In this document: positions 61,297 to 64,000 of the stretch, piece by piece
Layout of the letters: every line of letters begins with the position of its first letter
Position numbering within the stretch: the first letter of the stretch is position 1
Assembly: GCA_965248755.1 (NCBI GenBank)
Contig: OZ252149.1
Span: forward strand, 192,001-256,000
DNA: 64,000 bases
Origin: Candidatus Latescibacterota bacterium
GTDB taxonomy: Bacteria > Latescibacterota > CBDEFO01
Direction of reading: 5' to 3'
The notes under the pieces: generated by a model
Seen by the model: the letters and a program-made list of their open reading frames with translations, nothing else
Told to the model about the DNA's origin: nothing
The model's database searches: none
Position numbers and translations under genes: made by a program

Positions 61297-63318
61297 CTAA
61301 TCCGAAACCTTAGCTTCTTTTTCCATCTCCTCCCCTATCCTTCGAATCTGATCCCTCAACCTTGCAGCCCTTTCAAACTCAAGCCTTGACGCCGCCTCAA
61401 TCATCTGACCCTCCAGGACCTCTATCAACTCTTCTCTATCCATCTGTGCCGTGTACTCTGCCATCTCCTCCTTTACCTGGTACCTGTCCTTTCTTATGAC
61501 ATCCGCCACAGCTGTAGTTCTCATAACCTCATCTACCGACTTGTATATGGATTTAGGTTCTATTCCGTGCTCCATGTTAAACTCCTCTTGGATTCCCCGC
61601 CTCCTGTTTGTTTCGCCGATAGCCCTCCTCATAGAATCTGTCATATTATCCGCGTAGAAGATGACCTCCCCCGCAACGTGCCTTGCCGCCCTGCCCGAAG
61701 TCTGAATCAACGATCTTTCAGACCTTAAGAAGCCCTCCTTATCCGCATCTAATATCGCTACCAAAGATACTTCGGGCAGGTCCAACCCCTCCCGTAAAAG
61801 ATTAACCCCCACTAGTACATCGAACTCTCCCAGCCTTAAATCTCTCAAGATTACGACTCTGTCTAAAACGGCTATTTCGGAATGCAGGTATCTCACCTTG
61901 ATACCCATCTTATCTAAATAGTCAGCAAGATGCTCCGACATCTTTTTGGTCAGAGCAGTAACTAAAACTCTCTCCCTTTTCTCCACCCTTGCCCTTATTT
62001 CCTCCAACAGATCGTCCACCTGTCCCCTTGCAGGCTTTACGGTAATCTTGGGGTCCACAAGCCCCGTAGGACGGATAATCTGTTCCACCACCACACCGTT
62101 GCATTTTTCATGCTCATACTCGGCTGGAGTGGCTGATACGAATACAACCTGATTCACAACCTCCTCAAACTCCTCAAAATACAAAGGTCTGTTGTCGTAT
62201 GCTGACGGGAGTCTGAATCCGTACTCTATCAATGCCTCTTTTCTCGATCTGTCTCCAGCCCACATACCCCTAATCTGTGGCACAGTTGCGTGTGATTCGT
62301 CCATGAATATTAAGAAGTCCTTGGGGAAATAGTCTAAGAGGACCCAGGGTCTCTCCCCTGGCCGTCTTCCTGTAAGGTGTCTCGAATAGTTCTCAATTCC
62401 CTGACAGTAACCTATCTCGTTCAGCATCTCCACATCGAACTTCGTCCGGGATTCCAACCTCTGCGCCTCCAGCAGCTTTCCCTCAGACTGAAATTTGGCC
62501 AACTGTTCGTCCAACTCCCGCAGGATAGCTTCGCACGCCTGTTCAAGTGTAGGTTGAGTAACCACGAAGTGCCTCGCAGGATATATCGCAACTTCTTCCA
62601 GTTCGTTTAGAATCTCACCGGTAAGCGTATCAATCACCGAAATTGCCTCAATCTCATTCCCGAAAAGGTCTATCCTTATCGCATCCTTTTCATAAGCGGG
62701 AATCACCTCAACTACATCTCCCCTCACCCTGAAAGTACCTCGTTTAGGCTCAAAATCGTTCCTGTTATAGTGAATATCTATCAATCGTCGCAAAACCTCA
62801 TCCCGCTCTATGTAATTCCCAACCTTCAGAGCAAGGTTCAGTTTTCTGTACTGCTCCGGAGAACCTATTCCATATATACACGAAACGCTCGCCACGGTAA
62901 TGACGTCATTTCTCTCCAAAAGAGAACTCGTCGCACGGAGCCTTAATCTGTCTATGTCGTCGTTTATATCCACCTCTTTCTGGACATACGTGTCTGTAAC
63001 GGCGTTGTACGCCTCAGGCTGATAATAATCGTAATAACTTATGAAATACTCCACAGCGTTTTCGGGGAAAAAGCCCTTAAATTCTCCGTACAACTGCGCC
63101 GCCAAAGTCTTATTATGAGACATCACTAAAGTCGGCTTCTGCAACTTTTCTATCACCGACGCCATAGTATAGGTCTTCCCACTCCCTGTAACGCCCAAGA
63201 GCGTCTGGAACTTGTCTCCCCTTTCTATCCCCTCCACCAACTCTTCTATTGCCCTGGGCTGATCCCCCTGAGGCTCGTAATCCGACTGTAGCTTGAATTG
63301 GGGCATACAGGAATCCAC
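61297..63318 (-). CDS. uvrB: Excinuclease ABC subunit B
   Basis: [27 protein letters not shown] and C-terminal UVR domain. Confidence 0.98.
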   Translation of the reverse strand: MDSCMPQFKLQSDYEPQGDQPRAIEELVEGIERGDKFQTLLGVTGSGKTYTMASVIEKLQKPTLVMSHNKTLAAQLYGEFKGFFPENAVEYFISYYDYYQPEAYNAVTDTYVQKEVDINDDIDRLRLRATSSLLERNDVITVASVSCIYGIGSPEQYRKLNLALKVGNYIERDEVLRRLIDIHYNRNDFEPKRGTFRVRGDVVEVIPAYEKDAIRIDLFGNEIEAISVIDTLTGEILNELEEVAIYPARHFVVTQPTLEQACEAILRELDEQLAKFQSEGKLLEAQRLESRTKFDVEMLNEIGYCQGIENYSRHLTGRRPGERPWVLLDYFPKDFLIFMDESHATVPQIRGMWAGDRSRKEALIEYGFRLPSAYDNRPLYFEEFEEVVNQVVFVSATPAEYEHEKCNGVVVEQIIRPTGLVDPKITVKPARGQVDDLLEEIRARVEKRERVLVTALTKKMSEHLADYLDKMGIKVRYLHSEIAVLDRVVILRDLRLGEFDVLVGVNLLREGLDLPEVSLVAILDADKEGFLRSERSLIQTSGRAARHVAGEVIFYADNMTDSMRRAIGETNRRRGIQEEFNMEHGIEPKSIYKSVDEVMRTTAVADVIRKDRYQVKEEMAEYTAQMDREELIEVLEGQMIEAASRLEFERAARLRDQIRRIGEEMEKEAKVSD

Positions 63319-63565
63319 CTTATCCAGAGAGTTTAACCAGAATTTCTATCGCAGTACCCATGTTTAAGGCTACCGACCATATAACACGCCAGTTTTTATA
63401 ATTTATCTATATAGCCCTTCAAAAGCAACAAAAAAAGCCTATCAAAGAGAAAGGCTCATAGACTTGGCAGGGAACTATGAAAAAGCTGATCTCACGATGC
63501 GGGATATAAGGGTTTATCTAACATATTGCTAAACATTAAGATATATCAGAAGATCCTGTTTTTAC

Positions 63566-63594
63566 TTGACTTTATTACTTGCATCTATTATTAT
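63566..63594 (+). promoter_or_regulatory. Sigma-70 promoter
   Basis: TTGACT-17 nt-TATTAT upstream of the ORF at 63631. Confidence 0.55.
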
Positions 63595-63630
63595 GCGGTT
63601 ATATAATTCTGATATTCACAAGGATTTAAT

Positions 63631-64000
63631 ATGGGAAACGCAGCTTTGACAATAGTCTTCGTTTATAATGCAGATAGCGGCTTTTTTAATGCGCTTACCG
63701 ACTATGCTCACAAGATAATCTCACCCGACACCTACTCCTGCAATTTATGCACTATTACTTATGACAATATGGGTATGAAGCAGAAGTGGAAGAAGTTCAT
63801 TGACAATCTCAGCATACGTGTTGAGTTTTTACACCGTGATGAATTCTTGAAGCGTTATCATTTGAAGGAAATAGAGTTCCCATCTGCCTTTATCAAAAAA
63901 GAGGAAAATATCACTTTGCTTATTACTCATACCGACATTGACAACTGTAAGTCGATGGGAGATTTGATGAACCTGGTGACAAAAAAGGTGGAGGAGATTG
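63631..64000 (+). CDS. Conserved hypothetical protein, 3'-partial
   Basis: Open frame to the window end: FVYNADSG..HKIISP..Y.CNLCTITY...W..F...EFLHRDEF. Confidence 0.75.
   Translation, partial: MGNAALTIVFVYNADSGFFNALTDYAHKIISPDTYSCNLCTITYDNMGMKQKWKKFIDNLSIRVEFLHRDEFLKRYHLKEIEFPSAFIKKEENITLLITHTDIDNCKSMGDLMNLVTKKVEEI

Overview
Bacterial genomic window. The lineage is probably Latescibacterota-like; this is inferred only from the style of the secreted proteins (FlgD-Ig/T9SS-like C-termini, a TAVExxxWGxIK tail). It falls into four zones. (1) 1-10.1 kb: two convergent IS1182 copies that wreck a sigma-70 gene, followed by an intact cusCBA-type Cu/Ag RND efflux operon led by two small metal-ligand-rich ORFs. 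(2) 10.3-34.6 kb: an accessory mosaic of intact catabolic enzymes (amidohydrolase, AT-rich kbl/tdh-like pair, TIM-barrel isomerases, SDR, FAH, PQQ-sugar dehydrogenase) mixed with many gene and IS fragments. It includes a decayed integron whose integrase is co-oriented with a phytanoyl-CoA-dioxygenase cassette. (3) 35-56 kb: a large cell-envelope cluster of TPR, FG-GAP/ASPIC-UnbV, TolB-like, CBM9-like, discoidin/FlgD, putative beta-barrel and GT-C/TPR proteins with recurring C-terminal tails and a shared promoter motif. This is the best candidate for an undescribed system. (4) 56-64 kb: housekeeping genes (larA-family, VOC, murB, birA, nadC, uvrB). A 23-bp self-nesting palindrome (CCCCCGATTGAATCTATCGGGGG) occurs at 8 loci, and four unassigned structured-RNA candidates were noticed. 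No rRNA, tRNA or CRISPR array was found.
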